From assembly GCA_035253865.1 (NCBI GenBank), contig DATFBL010000055.1:1-53418 (forward strand): a stretch of 53,418 bases of DNA, written 5' to 3'. A program made the translations under genes and the position numbers. Positions 30,480-40,397 of this stretch are shown one piece after another. The notes under the pieces are model-generated. The model was not told the DNA's origin. It made no database searches and saw only the letters and a list, made by a program, of their open reading frames with translations. Source of the DNA: Nitrososphaeraceae archaeon (GTDB taxonomy: Archaea > Thermoproteota > Nitrososphaeria > Nitrososphaerales > Nitrososphaeraceae). The stretch's first letter is position 1, and each line of letters begins with the position of its first letter.

Positions 30480-32279
30480 TCAGGAATTTATGTCTAATTT
30501 GTTCTCCCGTATGAAAGAGTCAGGCTTGAAGGCATTGAAGAAAAATGGGGCCCCCGAAAAAGATAGTGGCGAAACTGGTCCCTGAGTCATGAATGAGTAT
30601 TTTCTGCTCCTCGAACTAAACGAACTTGCCGGGTCAGTAAATGTCCTATACAAATCGATAGCTTTTTCATCTGACACAAGTTCTCTAAGTGTAACGAGAT
30701 CGTTACCTAGTGAGAGTCCAAACCCAAAGAACATGATTCGGAGTTGCTGCAGTATATCTCTGTGGATACTAGACAATGATGTACTTATAAAAAGCCAACC
30801 CAATCCATATTTCCTTGTGGTCCTAACTGCATCCAGCAAAGTTAATCTCAATTGTTCAAGATTTGAATCACTGAATTCATCTTTCCTTGCGTATCTGTGG
30901 GCTTCATCCAAAATTACTAATGTGTTTAAGGAAGTATTCTTCTGCCAAGTTTTTTCACCGAGACTAACCAGACCTTTAAGCAATCTCTTTAGTATTAATG
31001 ACTGAATAGTTTCATTCCAATATCGTAGCTGCATATTGTGAGCAGTTTGTTCAGAAAGATCAACAACAATTAGTGGCTTTAATTTCCAGGTGAACTTTTC
31101 TAAAAGATCATCAATTGTTATAGCATCAGGTCTGTCTTCAAATAGACTACAAATTGGAACCCAATATTGAGAATACAGAGTATCTAAATTTCCTTCATCC
31201 ATACTAGAAACTAAATTATTCAATCTCTTTCTTGGTTCCGGTGTTGAAAATATGAGAAGCTGAATTTCTTCCTTCCGTAATTCATTTATGAAAAGATCAA
31301 ACGATTCTCTCTTTATCAATTTAGTCAACGTAGTTTTGTTCCTAAGCTTAGGTATTAGTGCATCTACTGCAAATCCCTTATTGAGACCTTTTATTGTCAG
31401 CTGATGAAAGATTTGTGATTCAAGTAAGATTTCTTCGAACAATGACCATCTATCTAAAATAAGATTTCTAACATTTATTGATATGACCTGTTTATTTAGA
31501 TAGTTCATTATTTTTTTCATATTGAAATTAGAATCAGAATTCTGAAATTCCCTGTCTGTGTTACTACTACTATCATTTGTAAAACTTTTAGAAAACTCTC
31601 CAACAGGATCTAGTACCAGTAAACCCATCTGACGGAATTTTGAATATGCGGTGAGAATCATTTTTGCAAGTGTTGATTTTCCGGATCCGGTTATTCCAAA
31701 AATTCCAAGATGATAGGCTTCTCCCGCACCATTTTCACCGTAGTCAAAATGCTTAAACCACATTGGCAATTTCGTTTTGGAACCATAACTGTTTCCCAAA
31801 TAAAGCAAGCTATTTTTTTGCTTTTCTAAAATGGTACTTAGGATATTGTCATCTACCTGATAAACATACGTTCCTGTTGGCGGTACTGTACCCAATAAAC
31901 TAGGTTCAACTAAATCATCGGAACTTGTGAATATTGCACTACAAAGTAGTTTGCCTATATGGACATCCTGTATCCCACTAATAGGGTTAACAGAACCTCT
32001 TTTTCTCGCTACAGATTTTATTGTAGGATCCTCTAATAAAAAGTTCTTAAGGGCAATCTCAATAATTTGCCCAATAGCATAATGATTTTTAGAATCCTGT
32101 AAATATTTAAAGATGGCCAACTCTCCAACAAGTTGTCTCGTGACAGAGGATTCCAAAATGTCAAGTGCAAGTTCAATTGTTGAAGATGGTGAACCAATTG
32201 TTCCAATAATAGAAGTACTTTTTAGAAAATAGCTAATCTTCTTGTCTATGGAATTTTCCATTCCTAGTTCCAAAATCAC
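30480..32279 (-). CDS. herA: HerA/FtsK-family ATPase with N-terminal HAS barrel
   Basis: HAS-barrel-like N-terminus, HLGIFGITGSGKST (Walker A), VILDEAH (Walker B), RKYG arginine motif; alternative ATG at 32261. Confidence 0.88.
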   Translation of the reverse strand: MILELGMENSIDKKISYFLKSTSIIGTIGSPSSTIELALDILESSVTRQLVGELAIFKYLQDSKNHYAIGQIIEIALKNFLLEDPTIKSVARKRGSVNPISGIQDVHIGKLLCSAIFTSSDDLVEPSLLGTVPPTGTYVYQVDDNILSTILEKQKNSLLYLGNSYGSKTKLPMWFKHFDYGENGAGEAYHLGIFGITGSGKSTLAKMILTAYSKFRQMGLLVLDPVGEFSKSFTNDSSSNTDREFQNSDSNFNMKKIMNYLNKQVISINVRNLILDRWSLFEEILLESQIFHQLTIKGLNKGFAVDALIPKLRNKTTLTKLIKRESFDLFINELRKEEIQLLIFSTPEPRKRLNNLVSSMDEGNLDTLYSQYWVPICSLFEDRPDAITIDDLLEKFTWKLKPLIVVDLSEQTAHNMQLRYWNETIQSLILKRLLKGLVSLGEKTWQKNTSLNTLVILDEAHRYARKDEFSDSNLEQLRLTLLDAVRTTRKYGLGWLFISTSLSSIHRDILQQLRIMFFGFGLSLGNDLVTLRELVSDEKAIDLYRTFTDPASSFSSRSRKYSFMTQGPVSPLSFSGAPFFFNAFKPDSFIRENKLDINS

Positions 32280-33409
32280 TATCCACCTTCAGTTCTGTAT
32301 GAATGCATCATAAAAAATATATCCTTTTCATTGTTATCTGTTAGTTCAGTCATCTGTTTCATTATGATTTGCTTGTAGGCAGGAATAGCTGGAGCCATGT
32401 GCTTGGCTATTCTATCGGCCATATAAAGTGGAAATGGTTCCATGATAGAAGGGCTCTGGCATTGATTTTTTATGTTATATAAAATCGCATTTAATTTCCT
32501 TTCGTCAAGAGCAATTGGTAGTGGCATTTCAATTCTTAGTGCAGGACACCAAGAATGTGGTTTGTAGTAAACAACTGAAAGATTTTTGATTCCTGAAATT
32601 ACATCTTGCATTAAAATCTTTAGTTCCTCATCCTCGTATGGCAATCTTATGTGCCATCCTTCTTCACTTGTAAATAATTTTGGACGCGTAAATTCTCCAG
32701 GATCTAATATCAAAGTGAGAATTGCTCGATCATCATATTCTTCGGGCCAGTGAAGATTCTTACCTATGTCATTTCTTGAAGTATACTTTGGTATCCCGAG
32801 ATAGTATTTATCTGTCTCTTTAGACTCCAAAATTTTCTTGTAAGAAATCAAAAAGTCCTTAAAATCTCTCTTGATTTTTTCAGAAGATTTTGTATTGAGA
32901 ATTTCAATGAAATTGATGGCCTTGTACATATGGATTAGTGCTGTTGTAAGGGAGCCATCGAGATATACTATGTCATATGGTGCATTTGCTGCTAATTTGA
33001 TTTCCATTTCTACCATTATTGCCCTAGCTGCTATCATATTCTCAGGATTATGTTTTTCGGGGTTGACAAAGACATCATGGCTTGGGATAATGCGCATTCC
33101 AGTTTCTTCATTTATACCATTTACCGCAACAGCTGCAGCAAAAAGCAAATCCGTTCCCAGGAGACGATCTACTGCATAAGCACCATCCACACCACCTGAA
33201 ATTAATTGATCTATATTCCTAAATCTAATATCATTATCCAATAATCCTGTTTGTTCTAGTTGCAGTCGAAATTTCTGTCTTTTTTGATTGATGTCATGAA
33301 TTGAACTTTGCAGTATACCTCCAATCTCGTTTGTTTTCTGTAACATTTGTTCTACTAAGGAAGCAGGAATCTCAAGAAAAGAGGGTGAATTGATTTCATA
33401 CATAGGCAT
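32279..33409 (-). CDS. nurA: NurA-family nuclease
   Basis: GVDGAY, E in MEMEI, YLDGSL, GIPK, DRAIL, LRIE, EPFPLYMAD; abuts herA. Confidence 0.85.
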   Translation of the reverse strand: MPMYEINSPSFLEIPASLVEQMLQKTNEIGGILQSSIHDINQKRQKFRLQLEQTGLLDNDIRFRNIDQLISGGVDGAYAVDRLLGTDLLFAAAVAVNGINEETGMRIIPSHDVFVNPEKHNPENMIAARAIMVEMEIKLAANAPYDIVYLDGSLTTALIHMYKAINFIEILNTKSSEKIKRDFKDFLISYKKILESKETDKYYLGIPKYTSRNDIGKNLHWPEEYDDRAILTLILDPGEFTRPKLFTSEEGWHIRLPYEDEELKILMQDVISGIKNLSVVYYKPHSWCPALRIEMPLPIALDERKLNAILYNIKNQCQSPSIMEPFPLYMADRIAKHMAPAIPAYKQIIMKQMTELTDNNEKDIFFMMHSYRTEGG

Positions 33410-33704
33410 TTACCAGATAATTATCCAAATTTATGAAAGTAATGAAATATTGATTTAGGTTCAGAAATGGAGCTGAGTTAATCTTATTCTGCACTTTCAC
33501 ACTCATGTATGTAATATAATCAGAATGAACTTAGCTTTATGCCTTTCTACTAGACTTGATACAATGTCTTTTGGTCATATCCAAATCCAATTATATTGAA
33601 AGAATAGGCAATTAAACTTTGCAATCCAACAATGCTTGACAAATCAGATCAAAATTATCTCTTCTCATAAACTTTATTATCTTTTAAACTCAATCAACAT
33701 AGTG

Positions 33705-34673
33705 ATGAAGTTTAGATTAATGGTAAATATAGTGTATAAAAAAAGCATATTTGTAGTAAGTATTTTTTTGATTTTTGTTTCATTAGTTGGCTTTACAGAT
33801 CAGAATAATGCTATTCTAGCCCAAACGGAAAATGAAAAAGGATATGAACTACAGATGATGGGAGGAGGTGCATATGTAGTTTCTTCAACAGGTTACAACA
33901 GTATGTTTTTAGTAACGGGAGATGGCATAATTGTGGTTGATGTCCCTCCAAGCATAGGTGAAAAGATAAATGATGCAATAGCTGAAGTCACTAACGAACC
34001 CATAAAATATCTAGTTTACAGTCATGCGCATAAAGATCACATTGGAGGAGCTCATGCGCTTGGGGGCGGAATAGAAATAGTTGCGCAAAAAGATACGTCA
34101 GATTTCCTAAAAATGGCAAACGATACTGAAAGACCGTTACCAACTCAAATATTTGATAACGAAACAACAATAACATTAGGAAACGCAACGTTGCAATTAT
34201 CATATGGTGGTCCTTATCATCAGAATGGAAATATTTTCATTTATTCTCCGCAGCATAAAATATTAATGGCAGTAGATCAGTTCTCGCCAGGAGGAACGCC
34301 TTGGAAACATCTTGCTACCACACCGCATGTTCCCTCATATATTCTATCGTATGATCAAGTACTGAATTATGACTTTCAAACATACGTATCCGGGCATGGA
34401 GTGGGTACTAAAGATGATGTACAATTAGAAAAGCAATACGTTTCAGATTTGAAGAACAATGCAGGGTTTGCAATTAGTAATGTAAATTTTACTGAAGCCA
34501 CCAAAAATGCTGATAAAAGTAGCAATGCGGCAGTAACAGAGGCGTACTTTAATGCAATGACAAATGTTTGCGCAGATAGAACTGATGGTAACTGGACAGG
34601 CAAGTTACAAGGGGTAGGCGTTTGGACAGATGAACACTGTGAGAAAATGATAATTAGTCTGAGAAACGACTAA
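33705..34673 (+). CDS. Secreted MBL-fold metallo-hydrolase
   Basis: Signal peptide; SHAHKDHIGG (HxHxDH), H in GPYHQ, AVD, SGHG. Confidence 0.88.
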   Translation: MKFRLMVNIVYKKSIFVVSIFLIFVSLVGFTDQNNAILAQTENEKGYELQMMGGGAYVVSSTGYNSMFLVTGDGIIVVDVPPSIGEKINDAIAEVTNEPIKYLVYSHAHKDHIGGAHALGGGIEIVAQKDTSDFLKMANDTERPLPTQIFDNETTITLGNATLQLSYGGPYHQNGNIFIYSPQHKILMAVDQFSPGGTPWKHLATTPHVPSYILSYDQVLNYDFQTYVSGHGVGTKDDVQLEKQYVSDLKNNAGFAISNVNFTEATKNADKSSNAAVTEAYFNAMTNVCADRTDGNWTGKLQGVGVWTDEHCEKMIISLRND

Positions 34674-34767
34674 CCTATCTATATTTATGAAAGCATCAGA
34701 ATAAGCAGATATCAACTGATGACATATATCTACCAAATAAGTTTCGGGGTCGGGATCATTTTTGGTT

Positions 34768-35181
34768 TTATTCGTTCCTTCTCTTTTCAAAAGCTTCAAC
34801 TTGTTCTCTGACTTTTTGACGCAGCCAATCAATCGGTATAGGTTTTTCGATGAATAAATCTATAGTTCCATCTTTCATATACTTTTGAAATATTTTGTCT
34901 TCCTTAACTTCGAAGGCGCTAACTAGTATCGTTCTAACATTTGAATTGAGCATTTTGATTTTGCTTAGTAGGTCTAATCCATTCAGATTTGGCATTCTTA
35001 AGTCGGAAATAACAAGAGCATAGTCTTTTTTATTTTCAATAAAATGCTCCAAGGCAGTTACGGGATTATTAAAACAAACAACTGAGATTCCATTAATATG
35101 GCCATATATGGCATCTTGATAAAGCTGGGTGATATCAAGCTCATCATCTACGATACTAACAATCTTGATGTTAGAGGTCAT
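34768..35181 (-). CDS. Stand-alone response regulator (receiver only)
   Basis: IVDDE, ISDLRMP, VSA, EKP. Confidence 0.92.
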   Translation of the reverse strand: MTSNIKIVSIVDDELDITQLYQDAIYGHINGISVVCFNNPVTALEHFIENKKDYALVISDLRMPNLNGLDLLSKIKMLNSNVRTILVSAFEVKEDKIFQKYMKDGTIDLFIEKPIPIDWLRQKVREQVEAFEKRRNE

Positions 35182-35218
35182 TAATCCATCTAATCATCGA
35201 CCAAACGATTAAAGGTTA

Positions 35219-35461
35219 CTAAAATTTAGATTCTCCAAGACTAGTCTGATTTTTGATTTCAGGAAGATCATAGATGCTGTAGTAATCCTCAAATGTTGCC
35301 TTTACAATTTTGAATGCCAGACCTTCTTCATAAGGTCCTTTGGATATAGCTTTCAGAATACCACGCTGAACTGATTTTAGTCTTTTCTTATCCAACATTA
35401 TATCCTGTGGAATATCGATCTTTAATTCCATTTTTAATAATACACTTTTAGTCTTAACCAA
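35219..35461 (-). CDS. Hypothetical protein
   Basis: 80-aa ORF with TTG start and TATA-like upstream sequence. Confidence 0.45.
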   Translation of the reverse strand: MVKTKSVLLKMELKIDIPQDIMLDKKRLKSVQRGILKAISKGPYEEGLAFKIVKATFEDYYSIYDLPEIKNQTSLGESKF

Positions 35462-35546
35462 TAATTACCTTATAAAATCGATATTTAAAAAGATAAGTCT
35501 AGTCCTTTGTTAGTGTAAGCACCGAATGCGAATTCAATTCAAATTC

Positions 35547-35849
35547 CTATTTCTGAGCCGCCGCATTGTCTATATCACTTTCTGCAAGAAGGTTTAGTGA
35601 AGTAAGATCTTCATAGAGTTTTGTGAAAGCCCATTTTTCATAATCATTTTCTGCATCTTTTATCCATTCATTCAACGAATAATCTTGAATTAGACGATAA
35701 CGGTATTTTTTAACGTCTTCTACGGGGGCAAGAAAAATTATTTCTGTCTTTTCATCCATACAATATCTTCTTCCTTTCATTTGTTTTCTCAAAACATGAA
35801 CACGCTCTTCTGTTAGAGGCCCATCTTTTTTCTTAGTGATCTCCCTCAT
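35547..35849 (-). CDS. Hypothetical protein
   Basis: 100-aa ORF with ATG start. Confidence 0.55.
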   Translation of the reverse strand: MREITKKKDGPLTEERVHVLRKQMKGRRYCMDEKTEIIFLAPVEDVKKYRYRLIQDYSLNEWIKDAENDYEKWAFTKLYEDLTSLNLLAESDIDNAAAQK

Positions 35850-36070
35850 TTATTGAGCAACGATGACAAACGAATCTTATTATTCATTTTGGTCATTTTT
35901 CGCTTTTTCTGAACTAAAAATTTATAAAAATTGATAGTGTAATAACCAATGCCTTGTTCTATTTTTTGAATACTTGATTAGGAACAAAATTTTTGGCGTT
36001 AAAAATGTCAATTGATTATTTGTTTTCTTTCATAGAACAGATTTATATTATGAGGCAATTGAAGTAACTA

Positions 36071-36256
36071 GTGTCAGTTAATTACGATGGAAAGTGTGAA
36101 CACTGTGGCAAGGACAGACAGCGTGTAACTCTGGATGTTTATATTCATGACATACCTGGAACACGGGGAAGCGAGGAATGGTGTTTGGAATGTGTCCGAG
36201 GAGCGGGTAAGGGAAAAAAACAGCACAAAGTTCCGGTAAAACGCTCGAAAACCTAG
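36071..36256 (+). CDS. Small C4 zinc-finger protein with basic tail
   Basis: CEHC...WCLEC; TTTATATT TATA box about 25 nt upstream. Confidence 0.65.
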   Translation: MSVNYDGKCEHCGKDRQRVTLDVYIHDIPGTRGSEEWCLECVRGAGKGKKQHKVPVKRSKT

Positions 36257-36385
36257 TTAGTGTTAGAATTTCTAAATTTTCTATTTTCTGTAAATTGTAT
36301 CGAGTCGATAATTATAAAAGAAGCAAAGGATGCCTTATACTTTTCTTGTTAAACTTTATCTAATACTTGGTATCAAAATAATTCC

Positions 36386-36688
36386 TTGTCTTTCGACACT
36401 TGGAAGAAAATGATGGATGAACAGAATAGAATAATCAATGAGGCGTTCAAAAGTCAATCCCAAATGCTAAATGACGCGATTAAAGAGTTCAGTGAAAACA
36501 ATCCCAGAATGATTATCAATGCTATACAACAGCAAGCTGAAATTTTTAACCAATTAATTCAACAGCAGGGCCGAATATTTGCTGACGCCATGAAACAATT
36601 AGACGAAAAAAAGACTCAAGCGTTACAAAATGGAACTGATCTATCAAACAATGTGAACAGTGAGAAACAGCAGAAAAAGAAAAAATAG
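36386..36688 (+). CDS. Gln-rich helical hypothetical protein
   Basis: Repeating Q..I/M..A amphipathic pattern. Confidence 0.6.
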   Translation: MSFDTWKKMMDEQNRIINEAFKSQSQMLNDAIKEFSENNPRMIINAIQQQAEIFNQLIQQQGRIFADAMKQLDEKKTQALQNGTDLSNNVNSEKQQKKKK

Positions 36689-36777
36689 TAACAGGCAAAT
36701 CCTCATTAAATCCTTCAAGTGTGGACGTCGGGGTGGATCTGATTTTTCAGATTGTTCGAGATATTGGGATCTGACAA

Positions 36778-37314
36778 TTAATTCTCTAGAGAATGCTTGT
36801 TGTATCTTTCATAAATTGACTTAAACTTTGAAGAAAAAGCGTTGCCATAGAATTCTGACAATAAATCAGGATCTTTATCGATTGCTTTGAATATATCTCG
36901 CTGTGTCAATATCCCAATCATATTACTATTTTGGTCTACTACTACAAGTCTGCGAATTTTTTTGATATTCATGATTTTAGTTGCGTCATTTATGGATGCG
37001 ATTGTTTATTGTAATAAGGGGTTTACTCATCAAGATTTAAGAGGTGTCTGAAGCAAGTTTGGATTCTGTTTACCCAAAATTCGCACGACATCACGTTCAG
37101 TAATTATACCCAAAGGAATGCGGTCCCTGTGATGAGTAACAATTATTACAGATCCAATATCGTTTGCGTACATTACATTGCGTGCTCCCATAATATTTTG
37201 ATCTTCAAAGTCGGTTTGAACTTTTGTATTCATAAGATCAGATACCGACATCTTTTCTGAGTGCATTTGGTACATTTGTGAATTGGTATATTTATTTCTG
37301 GGATTGTATTCCAT
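36778..37314 (-). pseudogene. CBS-pair protein with two frameshifts
   Basis: LGIITERDV (CBS1) / MSKPLITINN (middle frame) / ASINDATKIMNIKKIRRLVVVD...GILTQRDI (CBS2). Confidence 0.82.
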
Positions 37315-37369
37315 GTGAATGTTTAGGTAATGGTTCTATAACCTAATAGTCCGATATTTTCCTTGTATA

Positions 37370-37672
37370 TTGAGCAAACTGCTATTAACATGTTTAAAGT
37401 TAAACTTGACGTTGGCGAAAGATCTTAGAATTACCATCATTCTCGGGTTCCTACTAGCAGGAGTTGGACATATTTATTTAGGTTTTATAAAACGCGGAAT
37501 AATCATTCTCATTATTGGAATAGGTTTCGGATATATCGTGTCCTCGTTTGTCCCCTTTCCTTTGAGTTGGTTGATTATTGGCCCTTATTGGATCTGGCAA
37601 TTAGTAGATGTATATAACCTCTATAGAAAGTTGAGGTTTGGAGAAACTCAGAACTACGATTTTAAAAAATGA
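37370..37672 (+). CDS. Small membrane protein (TM2-like)
   Basis: GVGHIYLGFIKRG motif with hydrophobic helices. Confidence 0.7.
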   Translation: MSKLLLTCLKLNLTLAKDLRITIILGFLLAGVGHIYLGFIKRGIIILIIGIGFGYIVSSFVPFPLSWLIIGPYWIWQLVDVYNLYRKLRFGETQNYDFKK

Positions 37673-37797
37673 TATTTACGATGTGCTTCATTGAGCTACT
37701 AACGAACAAAAATAAAGCTAACTAAATGGGAACTCAAATATTAAGCAATATTGTGCAAATACAATATATGATAGAATGTTTTACATGAATATGTAAA

Positions 37798-38385
37798 TTG
37801 AATGATATCGCTACGTTGGAACATTTAAAATTTGGTATTAATAAAACGAATTTAGTTGTTTTTATTGTTTCATTGCTATTTTTTGGCTTATCAACTCCTT
37901 TTGGTTTTTCTTTTGTACAAAACCAATCGTTAGTATACCAAGATGCATCACTTGGATTCAAATTCCAATATCCCGTGGAATGGAAACAATTCTTGGAAAA
38001 GGATAGAGTGGGATCGGGAGTTGCATTCTCTCCATTGCCAACACGTCCTTCTGAGAATTTTGCTGATTTATTGATTTATACAAGTGAGAATCATCAGAAT
38101 AAAACCCTAAAAGAATTCACGAATGAAATAATCCGTGAGCAATTATGTTGTATTGATAATCAATCCTTAAAGTATAACGATACACATTTGAGCGGAATCC
38201 CTTCAATCAATGCGTCATGGGATCTAACCAAAAACAACAACGATGTATATGGAAAGGCATTGTTGAATTTAGCCATAAAAGACGGAATCGCGTATGTAAT
38301 TCATTATGATGCTAATTTAGAAACATTTGCCCGATGGTTACCAGAAGTAAAAAACTTAATCAATTCATTTCAATTGTTTGAATAA
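37798..38385 (+). CDS. Secreted PsbP-like domain protein
   Basis: TM/signal; YQD..LGFKFQYPVEW, AYVIHY, LINSFQ. Confidence 0.75.
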   Translation: MNDIATLEHLKFGINKTNLVVFIVSLLFFGLSTPFGFSFVQNQSLVYQDASLGFKFQYPVEWKQFLEKDRVGSGVAFSPLPTRPSENFADLLIYTSENHQNKTLKEFTNEIIREQLCCIDNQSLKYNDTHLSGIPSINASWDLTKNNNDVYGKALLNLAIKDGIAYVIHYDANLETFARWLPEVKNLINSFQLFE

Positions 38386-38689
38386 CTAGGATCTTGTAAT
38401 TTAGCTGTTCTAGTTTTTCGTCTATCTCGTAAGAAGACTAATAAGCCCGCGAGAAAGATAACCTTTGCTACGATTATTAATGCGTATATGATTTGTGGAT
38501 CTGTCAAATAGTATATTTAGTTATTAATAGGCATTAAGGCTTTCAATCTGAAATATCTGCATATAAATTTGTAGGGTCGGCCGTCGTTATCCACACCGCT
38601 ATCGGTTCTAAATTGGCATTCCAGTTTTCGTACTAATGCTTCAACCGTCACATACTTGCGATTTTTCTTTGTACAATCATGTATGTGTA

Positions 38690-38735
38690 TGTATACTAGT
38701 AGGTATACACAATACGGGTGAATATATACCCGTAT
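38690..38735. promoter_or_regulatory. Two inverted repeats; the second flanks a TATA box upstream of the AbrB-like gene
   Basis: TGTATAC-N6-GTATACA (38690-38709); ATACGGGT-gaatatat-ACCCGTAT (38712-38735). Confidence 0.55.
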
Positions 38736-38751
38736 GCCAACTAGTAGGAAT

Positions 38752-38922
38752 ATGGGCGAGGAAACAAAACTGTCTTTAAACTCTAGTAAAAGATCATCAC
38801 TAAGAACTACAGTACCTATGTCTCTTGTTAAACAATGGGATCTTAAAATCGGTGACAAATTAGACTGGGTTATAAAAATTTGCGATGGTGAACTTGTCGC
38901 TGTCATAAAAAGAAAAAAATAA
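38752..38922 (+). CDS. AbrB/MazE/SpoVT-type DNA-binding protein
   Basis: SSLRTTVP..LVKQWDLKIGDKLDW swapped-hairpin pattern. Confidence 0.82.
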   Translation: MGEETKLSLNSSKRSSLRTTVPMSLVKQWDLKIGDKLDWVIKICDGELVAVIKRKK

Positions 38923-39726
38923 TTACAGTAGTAAAGTTTGGTAACAATTTTCTAAAAGATAGAACTATTTTTAGAATGATTTTTATATCGTTAAGTCGCA
39001 TTGGTAAACCTCTACTTGAACGTAGAGGCTAGGTGGAGTCATGAGTCTCACCCGATAAATGGCTCCACCAGTGTCATTATAACATGAACTTGCAGTCTTA
39101 GTTCCGTAGGCTAGAAGATGATTTAAACTTTATTGTCATCTACGCTATTAGAATTTCTAAATTTAGGACAGTCGCACTTGGTACATTTTGTTGGACCGGT
39201 CTTCGATGATTTTCGGACATGATGAAATCTTTTATGTCCACAATGGCACCTATCATTCTGACTCAAGGGCAATTTGATTAGCGCCACGAATTATTAAAAA
39301 TTCCGATAGGCTTTTGTCATGACTTCTCTCCCCTTGTGGCGACATAGATTTTAAATTAGTATTAGCCGAATATTCTCTGTATGCCACTGGATGAAATTTT
39401 GTAGCAAGAAATTAGAGATTCAAAACTTTAGCTTTCTCGAGAAAGAGATGAACCTACGTACAAACGAGTTCTTAAAAAAGGATCAAACTAATTAATTGGG
39501 TTCTTGAAAATATGAAAAATCCTAGAGTTCATATTTGCAGTCTCCTTGAATCCAGGATGAACGAAACGATACAGTAAATAAATAAAACCGATACAATATT
39601 TGATGCTAATAAATTACATAGTGAATTACCAATTTGGATTTGATACTTTATCAAGTTCATATTAATGAAAATTGCTACGGATTTAATCGAGGTATGCTTA
39701 AGTACAATGGTCTCATTGAAGATCTC

Positions 39727-40128
39727 ATGTTAGGTGAATTAATCGGAGAAATGCAAGGTAAGGTTTCCAGTCAAAGAGTCATTGATGTTAAAGGTCCCAC
39801 TATGGAGACAAGCATAATGGCTTCAGGCAATCTAAAAGGTGTACAGGTAACTGAAGCCCTCACTTATATGGCTAACACTACTTCCAAAGGAATACTTCAT
39901 GGAGTGGGAAATGGTATAATAACCACTCAAGAAGGGGATGTCGCGACATACACCGGTGAAGGTATCGGCAAGTTCGATGGTTCTGGTATTCTAAAATGGC
40001 GAGGAGCCATATTTTTCGAGGCAAGTTCAGAGGGCAAATTGGGATTCCTCAATAACACCGTCGGTGTCTTCGAAGCACAAGTTGACACAGGGGGTAGTTT
40101 TACAGATAAGACTTGGGAGTGGAAATAG
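39727..40128 (+). CDS. Conserved hypothetical beta-rich protein
   Basis: MLGELIGEMQGK...KTWEWK; ATG at 39727 preferred. Confidence 0.75.
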   Translation: MLGELIGEMQGKVSSQRVIDVKGPTMETSIMASGNLKGVQVTEALTYMANTTSKGILHGVGNGIITTQEGDVATYTGEGIGKFDGSGILKWRGAIFFEASSEGKLGFLNNTVGVFEAQVDTGGSFTDKTWEWK

Positions 40129-40397
40129 GCTCAACGGTAAATAATACTTAAATCTAGTTCTCATCTTGTAATATATTCACAAGATTATTTTCTACTCTGC
40201 TCTTTTCTAATTCGATGTTACTTTCAATTTTATACGAGTTCGTCGGGATTCGAACCAAGTAAATACTAGGATTCCTACTACCTAGTACATAGCTTTTTGT
40301 TCTAATGGATTTATAATGTCATTTTACAGAGGAAATATCAGAAGCTTAGGCGTGAGATCAAAAATAATCTTAAATAGTTCAATACATAGCGTAAAAA

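Noticed and set aside
38517-38906. 129-aa minus-strand ORF
   Set aside because: Antisense to the AbrB-like gene and its promoter; no motif
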